Positions 18,135 through 26,662 of a stretch of 30,971 nt of DNA are shown piece by piece. Source of the stretch: a virus (lineage: Duplodnaviria; Caudoviricetes); IMG/VR virus record IMGVR_UViG_3300014508_000007, positions 1 through 30,971 of that record; one strand, 5' to 3'. Position 1 is the first letter of the stretch. Each line of letters starts with the position of its first letter. The notes under the pieces were generated by a model. The model did not search any database and was not told the DNA's origin. It saw only the letters and a program-made list of their open reading frames with translations. The position numbers and the translations under genes were made by a program.

Positions 18135-18461
18135 ATGATTGTTTTACAAGAAATAGCAACCGCACAAACTCTTAAATTTACACCTCGCTCTTATGTAGCG
18201 GACAGGGTAATAGTTAAAGATGAGCAGACTAATACAAGTGTAGAAATACTTGCTACTTTCACACAAGATAGTTACTATTTAAAGGCAGATATTACCTTTT
18301 CTTTAAAGGAAGGTAGATTTTACTTTATAACCGTTAAAAACGGAAGTACAGAGGTTTACAGCGATAAGGTATTTTGCACAAACCAAAATGTTAGCGACTA
18401 TTCAATCAATAATAACGAGTACAAACAACACAGTACTTCTAACGACTTTATAGTATTATAA
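18135..18461 (+). CDS. putative head completion/structural protein
   Basis: 108 aa beta-rich, coupled to the portal gene. Confidence 0.55.
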   Translation: MIVLQEIATAQTLKFTPRSYVADRVIVKDEQTNTSVEILATFTQDSYYLKADITFSLKEGRFYFITVKNGSTEVYSDKVFCTNQNVSDYSINNNEYKQHSTSNDFIVL

Positions 18462-20230
18462 TGAGTAATTTTATAATGAATTTAAGTGCTTATACAGCAC
18501 CAGAGATAGTAGAAACTAGGAATAAAGAATGGATTGAGTATGGTAGTGACAATAACTACTTCCAATATTTGATAGACCGTTATACTGGAAGTACTACAAA
18601 TAACGCTATTATCAACGGTGTATCTAAAATGATTTATGGCAAAGGGTTAAGTGCAGCAAACTCAAACAAGAAACCAGACCAATATGCACAAATGCTTTCT
18701 TTGTTTAAAAAGGACGATTTAAGACGTTTTATTTCAGACAGAAAGCTATTAGGTATGGCAGCGTTCCAAGTGTCTTACGATAAAGGTATAGTATCTAAAG
18801 TGAGCCATTTTCCTATGGAAACATTAAGACCAGAGAAGGCTAATAAAGATGGTGTTATTGAGGCGTGGTATTACCATCCTAATTGGAGTAAAAGAAAACC
18901 TAGCGAAAAGCCTACAAGAGTAACTGTATTTGGTTTAGGAAACAATAAAGGGAATGAGATATATGTATTAAGGCCTTATGTTGCTGGGTATTACTATTTC
19001 AGTCCAGTAGATTATCAAGGCGCTTTGCCTTATGCAGTATTAGAGGAAGAAATAGGCGACTATTTAATCAACGATACGTTAAATGGTTTTAGTGGTACTA
19101 AAGTAGTTAACTTTAACAACGGAGTTCCAGATGAAGAAAAGCAAAAAGAGATAAAAGACCAGGTTTTAAAGAAGTTAACAGGATCAAAGGGCGAAAAGGT
19201 AATAGTAGCTTTTAATAGCAACTCTGAAAATAAGACAACTGTAGAAGATTTACCTTTAAACGATGCACCTCAACACTATCAATATTTAAGTGAAGAGTGC
19301 GCAAATAAGCTAATTGTAGGGCATAGAGTAACAAGCCCTTTGTTAATTGGTGTAAAGACTGGTAATAGTGGGTTAGGAAATAATGCAGACGAGATAAAAA
19401 CCGCTAACTTATTGTTTGACAACATAGTAATTAACACATACCAAGAAGAAGTTACTGATGTAATAGATCAAATTTTAGCTGTAAATGATATTTCTTTAAA
19501 AACGTACTTTATAACAGTACAGCCTTTAGAGTTTATAGACACTGAAGGATTAGACAAGGAAACTAAAGAAGAAGAAACAGGTGTTAAAATGAGTTCTGAG
19601 GCTAGTTTTACTTACGAAGATGGAGAGGGTTTTTTAGATAACTTAAAAGATGCTAGTTTAAGTGATGAATGGGAGCTTGTAGATAGTAGGGAGGCTTTAG
19701 AAGATAACGAGAGCATCGAAGATTGGGCAAATAAAAGTATAAAAGAGAAACTTTCTACGGTTCAAAAGTTAGCAGACTTTATAACCTCAAAGCCAAGCAA
19801 GGAAAGTAGGCTAGATAAATCTGTTTACAAGGTTAGGTATGAGTATAAAGAAAAGTATTCTAGCGGTAATTCTAGGGATTTCTGTAAACAAATGATGAAT
19901 AGGTCTGGCAAGGGCGTTGTATATCGTTTAGAAGACATTGACAAAGCTAGTAGAAACGGTGTAAATAAAGACTTCGGGCATAAAGGACAATCTTACGACT
20001 TGTTTAAATACAAAGGTGGTGTTCAATGCGGACACGTTTGGAATGAAAACCTTTACAGACTAAAGAAAAAAACTGATGGTAGCTTTGTAGAAGATAAGAG
20101 TTTGGCAAGTAGTCAAGAAGTTACGAGTATTCCAAAGAGTTATAAACCAAGACCAGCTGGACATAAGAAAGCGGAGATAGCTCCTAAAGATATGCCTAAT
20201 AACGGACACCACCCTAATTATAAAGGATAA
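18461..20230 (+). CDS. portal protein with C-terminal MuF-like extension
   Basis: Portal-like first ~360 aa (SEECANKLIVGHRVTSPLLIG); C-terminal SRDFC...KGGVQCGHVW domain. Confidence 0.8.
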   Translation: MSNFIMNLSAYTAPEIVETRNKEWIEYGSDNNYFQYLIDRYTGSTTNNAIINGVSKMIYGKGLSAANSNKKPDQYAQMLSLFKKDDLRRFISDRKLLGMAAFQVSYDKGIVSKVSHFPMETLRPEKANKDGVIEAWYYHPNWSKRKPSEKPTRVTVFGLGNNKGNEIYVLRPYVAGYYYFSPVDYQGALPYAVLEEEIGDYLINDTLNGFSGTKVVNFNNGVPDEEKQKEIKDQVLKKLTGSKGEKVIVAFNSNSENKTTVEDLPLNDAPQHYQYLSEECANKLIVGHRVTSPLLIGVKTGNSGLGNNADEIKTANLLFDNIVINTYQEEVTDVIDQILAVNDISLKTYFITVQPLEFIDTEGLDKETKEEETGVKMSSEASFTYEDGEGFLDNLKDASLSDEWELVDSREALEDNESIEDWANKSIKEKLSTVQKLADFITSKPSKESRLDKSVYKVRYEYKEKYSSGNSRDFCKQMMNRSGKGVVYRLEDIDKASRNGVNKDFGHKGQSYDLFKYKGGVQCGHVWNENLYRLKKKTDGSFVEDKSLASSQEVTSIPKSYKPRPAGHKKAEIAPKDMPNNGHHPNYKG

Positions 20231-20727
20231 TGAAAGCACTATTTATAACAAATAAAGATTTAAAGAGGTTTAGTGTACTAGATGGTTCGGTTGATGCTGA
20301 TAAATTTATACAATACATTGATATTGCACAAGATATACATATTCAGAATTATTTAGGAACTGATTTATACGAGAAAATACAATCTGATATAATTGCAGAT
20401 ACTTTGACTGGTAATTATTTAACACTTGTTAATACCTATATAAAGCCTATGTTGATTCATTGGAGTATGGTAGAGTATTTGCCATTTGCAGCATATACAG
20501 TTGCTAACAAAGGCGTTTACAAACATAGTTCTGAAAACTCGGAAACAGTAGATAAGAACGAGGTTGATTTTTTAGTAGAAAAAGAAAGGAATATTGCACA
20601 AAATTACACGCGTAGGTTTATAGATCATATGTGTTTTAACAATGATTTATTCCCAGAGTACACGAGCAACACAGATGAAGACATAAGACCAGATAAGCAG
20701 TCTAATTTCGGAGGATGGGTTTTATAG
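20230..20727 (+). CDS. head-tail adaptor-like protein
   Basis: Helical; AQDIHIQNYLGTDLY motif; follows the portal. Confidence 0.6.
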   Translation: MKALFITNKDLKRFSVLDGSVDADKFIQYIDIAQDIHIQNYLGTDLYEKIQSDIIADTLTGNYLTLVNTYIKPMLIHWSMVEYLPFAAYTVANKGVYKHSSENSETVDKNEVDFLVEKERNIAQNYTRRFIDHMCFNNDLFPEYTSNTDEDIRPDKQSNFGGWVL

Positions 20728-20729
20728 AT

Positions 20730-20828
20730 ATGAAAGTAAAAAGAACGTACAAGCCTAAAGAGGTAAATGTAGTAAAATTGAAACAGTTTTTAAAGAAAAT
20801 AAATAATGGCAAACGAAATATACAATAG
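20730..20828 (+). CDS. small basic protein (32 aa)
   Basis: MKVKRTYKPKEVNVVKLKQFLKK...; TAG-AT-ATG junction. Confidence 0.5.
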   Translation: MKVKRTYKPKEVNVVKLKQFLKKINNGKRNIQ

Positions 20829-20991
20829 AACGTACTGGGGCGATGCAATAAACACCGCAAACATAGTAAATGACAAGCCTTCTTTTTTCAAGAGCCAGTT
20901 TGATTTAAAAGACAGGGTTACGACAGAAACCAGTACTTTTGAGGCGCAATTATGCGTTAGTGATAATTTACACAAAATAGCAAATTTATAA
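20806..20991 (+). CDS. small virion-associated hypothetical protein
   Basis: 61 aa, coupled to the downstream fibre gene. Confidence 0.6.
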   Translation: MANEIYNRTYWGDAINTANIVNDKPSFFKSQFDLKDRVTTETSTFEAQLCVSDNLHKIANL

Positions 20992-22223
20992 TGGAAAAAC
21001 CAAGTATAGCATTAATACCTAGTGCGTATAAAAATGGTAAAGTATATAGTGTATTGCCTAACAATGGCGATGGAGATTTCGACTTCACAAGAGGAAGCAC
21101 CGCAACAAGAGTAAACGAAAACGGATTAATAGAAGATGTAGCAACAGGAGTGCCACGTTTAGACTATTCAGATGGTGGGTGTCCTGTATTGTTATTAGAA
21201 CCACAGAGTACTAATTTAGCGACTTATAGTGAAGCTTTTGATAATGCCGCTTGGGTAAAATCACAAGCCACAGTTACACCAAATGTAATTATATCTCCAA
21301 ACGGAAGCCTGAGTGCTGATAAATTAGTAGAAGGCACAGGTTCATCTGGTAGTTATGTGAGTTCTGCGATTATATCTGTTTCTACTGGTCAAATAACAAA
21401 TAGCATTTGGTTAAAGAGTGGGGAGAGAACAGAAGCGGTTATATTTGAGCAAGTAACTGTTAAAGGTATTTACATAGATTTAGAAAATGGCACTTTTATT
21501 CAAAACTTGGTAAACCCACCAGACAACTACACTATTGTAAAAGGAAACGATGGATGGGTAAAGGTTTCTATAACAACTACAAATACAACAACTTCGAGGA
21601 TGAGGATTTACCCATCCTTAAATGGTTCTGTTGGCTATCAAGGCGATGGTATAAGTGGTATTTACATTTACGGCGCACAATTAGAAGAACTTTCCTACCC
21701 TACTTCTTACATACCAACGGTAGGCACAACGGTAACGAGGGTTGCTGATGCTTGTAATAACGCAGGAACGGTAAATGACTTTAATAGCGCAGAGGGTTCG
21801 TTTTATTGCGAATTTCAACTATTGCAAGACGTTCAAGTTAATAGTACATATATCTGTCTTTCAGACGGCGGCACTTCTGCTTCTGACAATACTGTTGTAT
21901 TGCAGTTTAGAAACAACGGTTCGATAAGATTGTATGCAGAGGGTTTGTCTACAATCGTAGCTATTTCTTCTTCGAGTTATGATTTTACAGAACTACACAA
22001 AATAGCTGTTAGATATAGTGTTAACGACTGGTCTTTGTATATTGATGGTGTTAAGATTACAAACTCAACAAGCACGATTCCAGCGGTAGCAGGATTGAAC
22101 ACTTTAGACTTTAATTTATGGTACACCGTTGGCACCACCGCTTTTGTTGGTGGGATTAAAGATTCAAGAATTTATAAGACAGGTTTAACGGAATCAGAAT
22201 TAGCAACCTTAACAACTTTATAA
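20991..22223 (+). CDS. fibre/spike protein with ConA/LamG-like domains (receptor-binding candidate)
   Basis: FTRGSTATRVN..G, PRLDY, LLLEPQSTN, GAQLEE..YPTSYIPT.G.TVTR.AD, C-terminal LamG-like LYIDG. Confidence 0.75.
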   Translation: MEKPSIALIPSAYKNGKVYSVLPNNGDGDFDFTRGSTATRVNENGLIEDVATGVPRLDYSDGGCPVLLLEPQSTNLATYSEAFDNAAWVKSQATVTPNVIISPNGSLSADKLVEGTGSSGSYVSSAIISVSTGQITNSIWLKSGERTEAVIFEQVTVKGIYIDLENGTFIQNLVNPPDNYTIVKGNDGWVKVSITTTNTTTSRMRIYPSLNGSVGYQGDGISGIYIYGAQLEELSYPTSYIPTVGTTVTRVADACNNAGTVNDFNSAEGSFYCEFQLLQDVQVNSTYICLSDGGTSASDNTVVLQFRNNGSIRLYAEGLSTIVAISSSSYDFTELHKIAVRYSVNDWSLYIDGVKITNSTSTIPAVAGLNTLDFNLWYTVGTTAFVGGIKDSRIYKTGLTESELATLTTL

Positions 22224-22224
22224 A

Positions 22225-22533
22225 ATGGTAGGCAAATACGAATTTTTTAACAAAGAACAAGCACAAGAAAAGATTGCTAAATTAGGAGTAGCAACAGATG
22301 AAGATGGTAACGAATACCCAACACATAAACACGCAGTAGTTTTGTTAGGTCATTTAGTTTTAACAGATGGAACGTATAATGAAGATGGCGAAGTAATTAC
22401 AGAACCTATTTTATCGGACAAGTACGCAGTAGATGTGCTATGGAATGAGTTAGATGACCACCCTTACGGATGGGGTAAGTATTCTTTAAATGTTGCAAAC
22501 CCTAAACACTCTTTTGCAGGGGTGCTTAATTAA
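22225..22533 (+). CDS. fibre-associated acidic protein (possible chaperone)
   Basis: Follows the fibre gene; YAVDVLW and PKHSFAG motifs. Confidence 0.5.
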   Translation: MVGKYEFFNKEQAQEKIAKLGVATDEDGNEYPTHKHAVVLLGHLVLTDGTYNEDGEVITEPILSDKYAVDVLWNELDDHPYGWGKYSLNVANPKHSFAGVLN

Positions 22534-22649
22534 TAAAATATAATGCAGATAAAAAGAAATTATGCAGATTTAAGACGTAAAGGTCTATTTGCGAAACAAA
22601 CAAAACGAGTGGTTTGGAAAACGCCAAGCCGCTTTATAGCTTAAAAAAT

Positions 22650-22811
22650 ATGTTATTAGAAGATATGAAAACTTACGCCTTGAATCTTACTGCTTTTGCA
22701 GTTAGCTTTACCAATATAGATGTGGTCTTGAAAATAATTCTACTACTCATAACTATAGGATTTACTATTGATAAATGGTATCAGATGCGTAAGGAGAAAA
22801 GCAAGAAATGA
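22650..22811 (+). CDS. putative holin
   Basis: Hydrophobic helices and basic C-terminus in the lysis cassette; ATG 22650 preferred over TTG 22614. Confidence 0.6.
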   Translation: MLLEDMKTYALNLTAFAVSFTNIDVVLKIILLLITIGFTIDKWYQMRKEKSKK

Positions 22812-22990
22812 AGGCGGTAATAGATAAAATATTATCCCTTTACATATCTAAAAAATTAATAGTATTTTTGATAGCTACTGGATTGGTTATTTCAGCTAAA
22901 ATAAGCGGTGCTGAATGGATTAATATAGCTATTGTATATATTGGAACGCAAGGAGTGATAGATGCTATTGTAAAGCTACGTAAGAAATGA
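22808..22990 (+). CDS. putative holin/antiholin (2 TM)
   Basis: Two TM segments, directly before the endolysin. Confidence 0.6.
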   Translation: MKAVIDKILSLYISKKLIVFLIATGLVISAKISGAEWINIAIVYIGTQGVIDAIVKLRKK

Positions 22991-23340
22991 AGTATTTTAA
23001 TCAAATAGAGTTTGACAGTCCAGACGAGTTAGGAAGTGGAGCTAATATGGATGTTGAATTTACACACTTACTAGAACAAGCAAGAGTAGTTGCTGATATT
23101 CCTTTTAGGATTACAAGTGGTTATAGGACAGAATCATATAACAAGTCGGTTAATGGTAAAATAAATTCAAGCCATTTAAAAGGACTAGCGGTAGATATAC
23201 ATTGCGCAGATAGCAGAAGTAGAAGTATTATATTGAACGCTCTTATATCAGTAGGGTTTACTAGAATAGGTATTGGAAAGACTTTTATACACGCAGATAA
23301 TGACACAAGTAAGTCGCAAAATGTTTACTGGGTATATTAG
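22987..23340 (+). CDS. endolysin, peptidase M15 family
   Basis: ITSGYR, SSHLKGLAVDI, FIHAD Zn-peptidase motifs. Confidence 0.9.
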   Translation: MKYFNQIEFDSPDELGSGANMDVEFTHLLEQARVVADIPFRITSGYRTESYNKSVNGKINSSHLKGLAVDIHCADSRSRSIILNALISVGFTRIGIGKTFIHADNDTSKSQNVYWVY

Positions 23341-23376
23341 TTGATAACTTTTATTCTTTAATAGAAAAGAATTTTA

Positions 23377-23384
23377 TAGTTTTG
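23377..23384 (+). promoter_or_regulatory. Bacteroidota-type -7 promoter element (TAGTTTTG)
   Basis: Matches TAnnTTTG; no clear -33 TTG at canonical spacing. Confidence 0.45.
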
Positions 23385-23453
23385 AACCTCGAAGGTTAAA
23401 GTTTGTTTCATAATTTTAAATACCATTTCATTTATTTGAGGTGGTATTTTTTT
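23385..23453 (+). ncRNA. putative antisense small RNA
   Basis: Bounded by a -7 element and a terminator; 23403-23421 complementary to 24016-24035. Confidence 0.5.
23418..23453 (+). terminator. intrinsic terminator after lysis cassette
   Basis: 13-bp stem AAATACCATTTCA/TGAGGTGGTATTT (2 G-U) plus T run. Confidence 0.8.
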
Positions 23454-23464
23454 ATATAATAAAT

Positions 23465-23632
23465 ATGGATTACAATTTAGACGAATTAGAAATTATTATT
23501 TTTCATTGTTGCAATCATAAAGAACTATTTGAGGTTTGTAATGTGTTAGATGAAGTTAATTCTTACGATAAAAAAGAACTTGACCATATCCGTAAACTTG
23601 TTTTTCATAAACATATATCATTGTTAAGATAA
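23465..23632 (+). CDS. hypothetical protein
   Basis: MDYNLDELEIII...; ATG 23465 preferred over the GTG inside the terminator. Confidence 0.5.
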   Translation: MDYNLDELEIIIFHCCNHKELFEVCNVLDEVNSYDKKELDHIRKLVFHKHISLLR

Positions 23633-23795
23633 GCATTTTAAAGCATTATAATATACGCAGGTATATGTATATATCACTTTTACTTTAAAGTGTCTTAAAA
23701 CGCACAGAAACGTGCTTAAATTGTGTTTTTAAGTCTTTTATTGAGTAACTAATCTATAAATTGCTTAAAATTATACCTTTTTTATTTAAATAAAC

Positions 23796-23920
23796 AAAAT
23801 AAAGGAAAGGAAAGGAAAGCGCGTGTAAAGGGTTAGCATCCACAACCCAATGGATTTGCATTATACACCCAATAGCTACCTAATAGGTTGGCATAGGTTA
23901 CCCATAATCACACCTATAAA
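23796..23920. repeat. purine tract (AAAGG)n plus 11-bp periodic repeats, putative replication origin
   Basis: AAAGG x3 + AAAGC; ACCCAATGG/ACCCAATAG/ACCTAATAG/ACCCATAAT at 23845/23867/23878/23900. Confidence 0.5.
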
Positions 23921-23964
23921 AATCAATAATATTTTTAAATATTTTAGGTTTATTTGTACAAAAG

Positions 23965-23994
23965 TTGGTAGATTAAAAAAAAAGTTTATCTTTG
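23965..23994 (+). promoter_or_regulatory. Bacteroidota housekeeping-sigma early promoter 1
   Basis: TTG-N19-TATCTTTG; TTGTACAA palindromes just upstream and overlapping the 3' end. Confidence 0.8.
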
Positions 23995-24025
23995 TACAAG
24001 AATTATAAAACTTAAATTTAAAATT

Positions 24026-24115
24026 ATGGAAACAATTAAATTAAAAACAGGAATTATTTGCGTTCAGAAAATGCAAAAAAACGGAGTAGTAAGGGTAACT
24101 GTAAAAAACAAATAG
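24026..24115 (+). CDS. small early protein (29 aa)
   Basis: METIKLKTGIICVQKMQKNGVVRVTVKNK*; AAAATTATG start directly after the promoter. Confidence 0.55.
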   Translation: METIKLKTGIICVQKMQKNGVVRVTVKNK

Positions 24116-24117
24116 AT

Positions 24118-24249
24118 ATGACTTACGATGACTGGAAATTGGACAATCCGAATTATGATGAAACAGCAGATTGTGTTGTTTGTGGGGCAGAAATACATAC
24201 AGATGACATTTACTGTTCAAGCGCGTGTTATAAAGCAGATCAATTATGA
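24118..24249 (+). CDS. small Zn-ribbon-like protein
   Basis: CVVC...YCSSAC; ATG 24118 preferred. Confidence 0.65.
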   Translation: MTYDDWKLDNPNYDETADCVVCGAEIHTDDIYCSSACYKADQL

Positions 24250-24428
24250 GAAAAATAAACTACAAATCTGTTGAAATAGATGGAATAGACTCTAAAGATT
24301 ACCCAGACTTTTGCGATGCGTTTATATGCTACGCTGAATGGAGTGATGGAACAGAAATGACAGAGCAGGAAATTGAAGATAATTTCGATGATGATATTTA
24401 TGAATTTATAGAAAACAAAATATATTAA
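24246..24428 (+). CDS. small acidic hypothetical protein
   Basis: DGIDSKDYPDFCDAFI motif; very acidic. Confidence 0.7.
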   Translation: MRKINYKSVEIDGIDSKDYPDFCDAFICYAEWSDGTEMTEQEIEDNFDDDIYEFIENKIY

Positions 24429-24430
24429 TT

Positions 24431-24805
24431 ATGAACGTAGAAAAATTAAAGGAACTTTACAACAAGTATAATTTAACGAAAGACGATGTATTTAAGCACC
24501 AACATTATATTATTATAACGAGGTCTGGTATAGACAAAGTGCAAGGAATTGAAGGTATTAAAATCAATTACGAGGTTATAAAATGTGAGCCTAACTTTGC
24601 AGTTGTAAAAGCTAAAACACAACACTTGGAAACTTTTGGTAGCGCAATTAAAGGTGCTACTTTTAAAGACGGAAATACCAATTCTTGGTATGTTATGGAA
24701 ATGGCAGAAAAAAGAGCAATGAGTAGAATTGTTTTAAAGACTTGCGGTTTTTATGAATTAGGTGTATTTGGAGAAGATGAAAGCGAAGATTTTAAAAGAA
24801 AATAA
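24431..24805 (+). CDS. putative single-strand annealing/recombination-associated protein
   Basis: EMAEKRAMSR.VLK and GVFGEDE resemble annealase helix motifs; located near the SSB-like gene. Confidence 0.4.
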   Translation: MNVEKLKELYNKYNLTKDDVFKHQHYIIITRSGIDKVQGIEGIKINYEVIKCEPNFAVVKAKTQHLETFGSAIKGATFKDGNTNSWYVMEMAEKRAMSRIVLKTCGFYELGVFGEDESEDFKRK

Positions 24806-24806
24806 T

Positions 24807-25022
24807 ATGGATCAAATAGAAAAAATAGAATTTATGTTAGATTTGTACGAAATTAGATTATATCTTGCGATTAACGACATTAAGCAACCAATTAAAGAAA
24901 TGGTTAAGCGTGGTTTTATAAAAGAAGATAAAAACAATACAAACTATTTAAACGGAAGGATTTTAAATTTAGACTTTTTAAATAACTTAAAAGACTTTGA
25001 GCGTTCATTATGGGACTTTTAA
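24807..25022 (+). CDS. hypothetical protein
   Basis: MDQIEKIEFML... directly after the previous stop. Confidence 0.6.
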   Translation: MDQIEKIEFMLDLYEIRLYLAINDIKQPIKEMVKRGFIKEDKNNTNYLNGRILNLDFLNNLKDFERSLWDF

Positions 25023-25249
25023 AAGACTGTGAGCAGACGTTAAGAGTTACTTGCACAATGCCTATGAGCGTTTATAAGGAAGTTAAAAGAGAAGATATAC
25101 AGCTACTCTCTATCTACGACACTTCTTTATACGACAATTTTAAAAAGAATAAAGAGTGGCAAGATGTGCAGAAGTTATACAGAGAAATATCGGAAAGAAA
25201 AAAGGACATTGAGTTTGATATAAAATTTAAACTTTATAATAATAAATAG
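25010..25249 (+). CDS. hypothetical protein
   Basis: 79-aa ORF overlapping the previous gene. Confidence 0.6.
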   Translation: MGLLKDCEQTLRVTCTMPMSVYKEVKREDIQLLSIYDTSLYDNFKKNKEWQDVQKLYREISERKKDIEFDIKFKLYNNK

Positions 25250-25274
25250 AGGAGGAGCTATAAGCAACTATATT

Positions 25275-25329
25275 ATAAAATGCGTTTTAATGCATTTTAT
25301 GAGAAGTTAAACCACGTTTTAATGTGGTT
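25275..25329. repeat. tandem hairpins with identical GTTTTAAT loops
   Basis: ATAAAATGC-gttttaat-GCATTTTAT and AACCAC-gttttaat-GTGGTT. Confidence 0.7.
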
Positions 25330-25368
25330 AAAAAATAATAAAATAAATAATAATTAAAAATAAGTAAA

Positions 25369-25704
25369 ATGAAAGTAACAGGAAAAATTACAAAAGTATT
25401 AGAAGTACAAAAAGGACAAACAAAAGAGGGCAAAGAATGGCAAAAACTATCTTTTGTATTAACCACAAACGAAAATTATAACAACTTATATTGTTTTGAA
25501 GTGTTTGGAGATGAAAAAGTAGATAATTTTATTAAATTTAACAAGCTTGGGAATGACGTAGAAGTTGATTTTAATGTAAAAACTAACGAATGGAAAGGAA
25601 AGTATTTTACTAGCTTACAAGCGTGGTTAATTAAAGGAGTAGCAGAGGTTGGTAATGATGTAATTGCTGGAGAACTTGCAGAGGTATCAGATTTACCATT
25701 TTAA
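25369..25704 (+). CDS. DUF3127-like OB-fold single-stranded DNA-binding protein
   Basis: GKEWQK, EWKGKYFTSLQAW, acidic tail ending DLPF. Confidence 0.8.
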   Translation: MKVTGKITKVLEVQKGQTKEGKEWQKLSFVLTTNENYNNLYCFEVFGDEKVDNFIKFNKLGNDVEVDFNVKTNEWKGKYFTSLQAWLIKGVAEVGNDVIAGELAEVSDLPF

Positions 25705-26117
25705 TGAAACTAACAATAGTTAAACAGCTAAACAACACTTTTAAGGTCGCCTACGATTCAGACTATGAAACTCTGAAAAAAATAAAGGTAGGCGACCTTT
25801 TAGAGTGTGAGATACGGAAGCCTAGAAACTACAAGTTTCATAAGAAGTTCTTTGCTCTTTTAAATTTAGTTTATCAGAACCAAGAAATCTATAATGATAT
25901 TGACGATTTAAGAGAAGATTTGACAGTCGCAAGTGGCTTCTATGTGAGCAGAACAAGCATACAAAATTATCAAATTAAAAAAGCTAAAAGTATATCATTT
26001 GCAAAAATGAGTGAAGAAGATTTTAGTAAATTTTATAATGCTATTGTTGATGTGATCGTAAAATATTTTAAATTTGATAAAGAATCTATAAAAGAAAATA
26101 TTGAACAATTCTACTAA
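25704..26117 (+). CDS. DUF1367/NinB-like protein
   Basis: PRNYKFHKKFFALL and KSISFAKMSEEDF..FY motifs. Confidence 0.7.
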   Translation: MKLTIVKQLNNTFKVAYDSDYETLKKIKVGDLLECEIRKPRNYKFHKKFFALLNLVYQNQEIYNDIDDLREDLTVASGFYVSRTSIQNYQIKKAKSISFAKMSEEDFSKFYNAIVDVIVKYFKFDKESIKENIEQFY

Positions 26118-26661
26118 AATAAGAAAAAAGAGGTGTAATGTTTGCTTCGAATTATTTACACCTTTTAATTATTTACAAAAGGTTTGCTCTACACCTTGTG
26201 CAATCTCATTCGCTAAGGACAAAAAGCAAAAAGAAACCACGAGTTTAAGGAAATACGAGAAGGAGCTAAAAATAGAAAAGAAGCTACCTAAAGAACTTGA
26301 AAAAACAAAGCACTTAGTACATAAGTTCATACGAGAAAGGGATGTAGATAAGCCTTGCATTAGTTGCGGAAGTGCTTATAGGTCTAACTTTGATGCAGGG
26401 CATTTCTACCCATCTGGTAAATTCTCAAACATTAAATTTGATTTTGATAATATACACGGACAATGTATAAAGTGTAACCGATACAACAAGGGCGAGTTTG
26501 AAAATTATAGTCTGGAACTACCTAATAGAATAGGACAAGACCGTTTTGATGCTTTGAAAAAACGAGCAGCACTATCAAAGAAATTTTTAAAAAAGTGGAC
26601 TATTTACGAGCTTGAACAAATACGTAAAAGTGTTAAAGTTTTGTTAAAATCTGTTAAATAA
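26101..26661 (+). CDS. ninG: NinG-like recombination endonuclease
   Basis: CxxC...CSxxCA, FIRERD..PCISCG, DAGHF, NIHGQC.KCN. Confidence 0.85.
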   Translation: MNNSTKIRKKRCNVCFELFTPFNYLQKVCSTPCAISFAKDKKQKETTSLRKYEKELKIEKKLPKELEKTKHLVHKFIRERDVDKPCISCGSAYRSNFDAGHFYPSGKFSNIKFDFDNIHGQCIKCNRYNKGEFENYSLELPNRIGQDRFDALKKRAALSKKFLKKWTIYELEQIRKSVKVLLKSVK

Positions 26662-26662
26662 G

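Noticed and set aside
20991-22223. Diversity-generating retroelement or invertible fibre locus
   Set aside because: No reverse transcriptase, recombinase or duplicated template repeat seen
23796-23920. CRISPR-like array
   Set aside because: Repeats are 5-11 bp with no spacers
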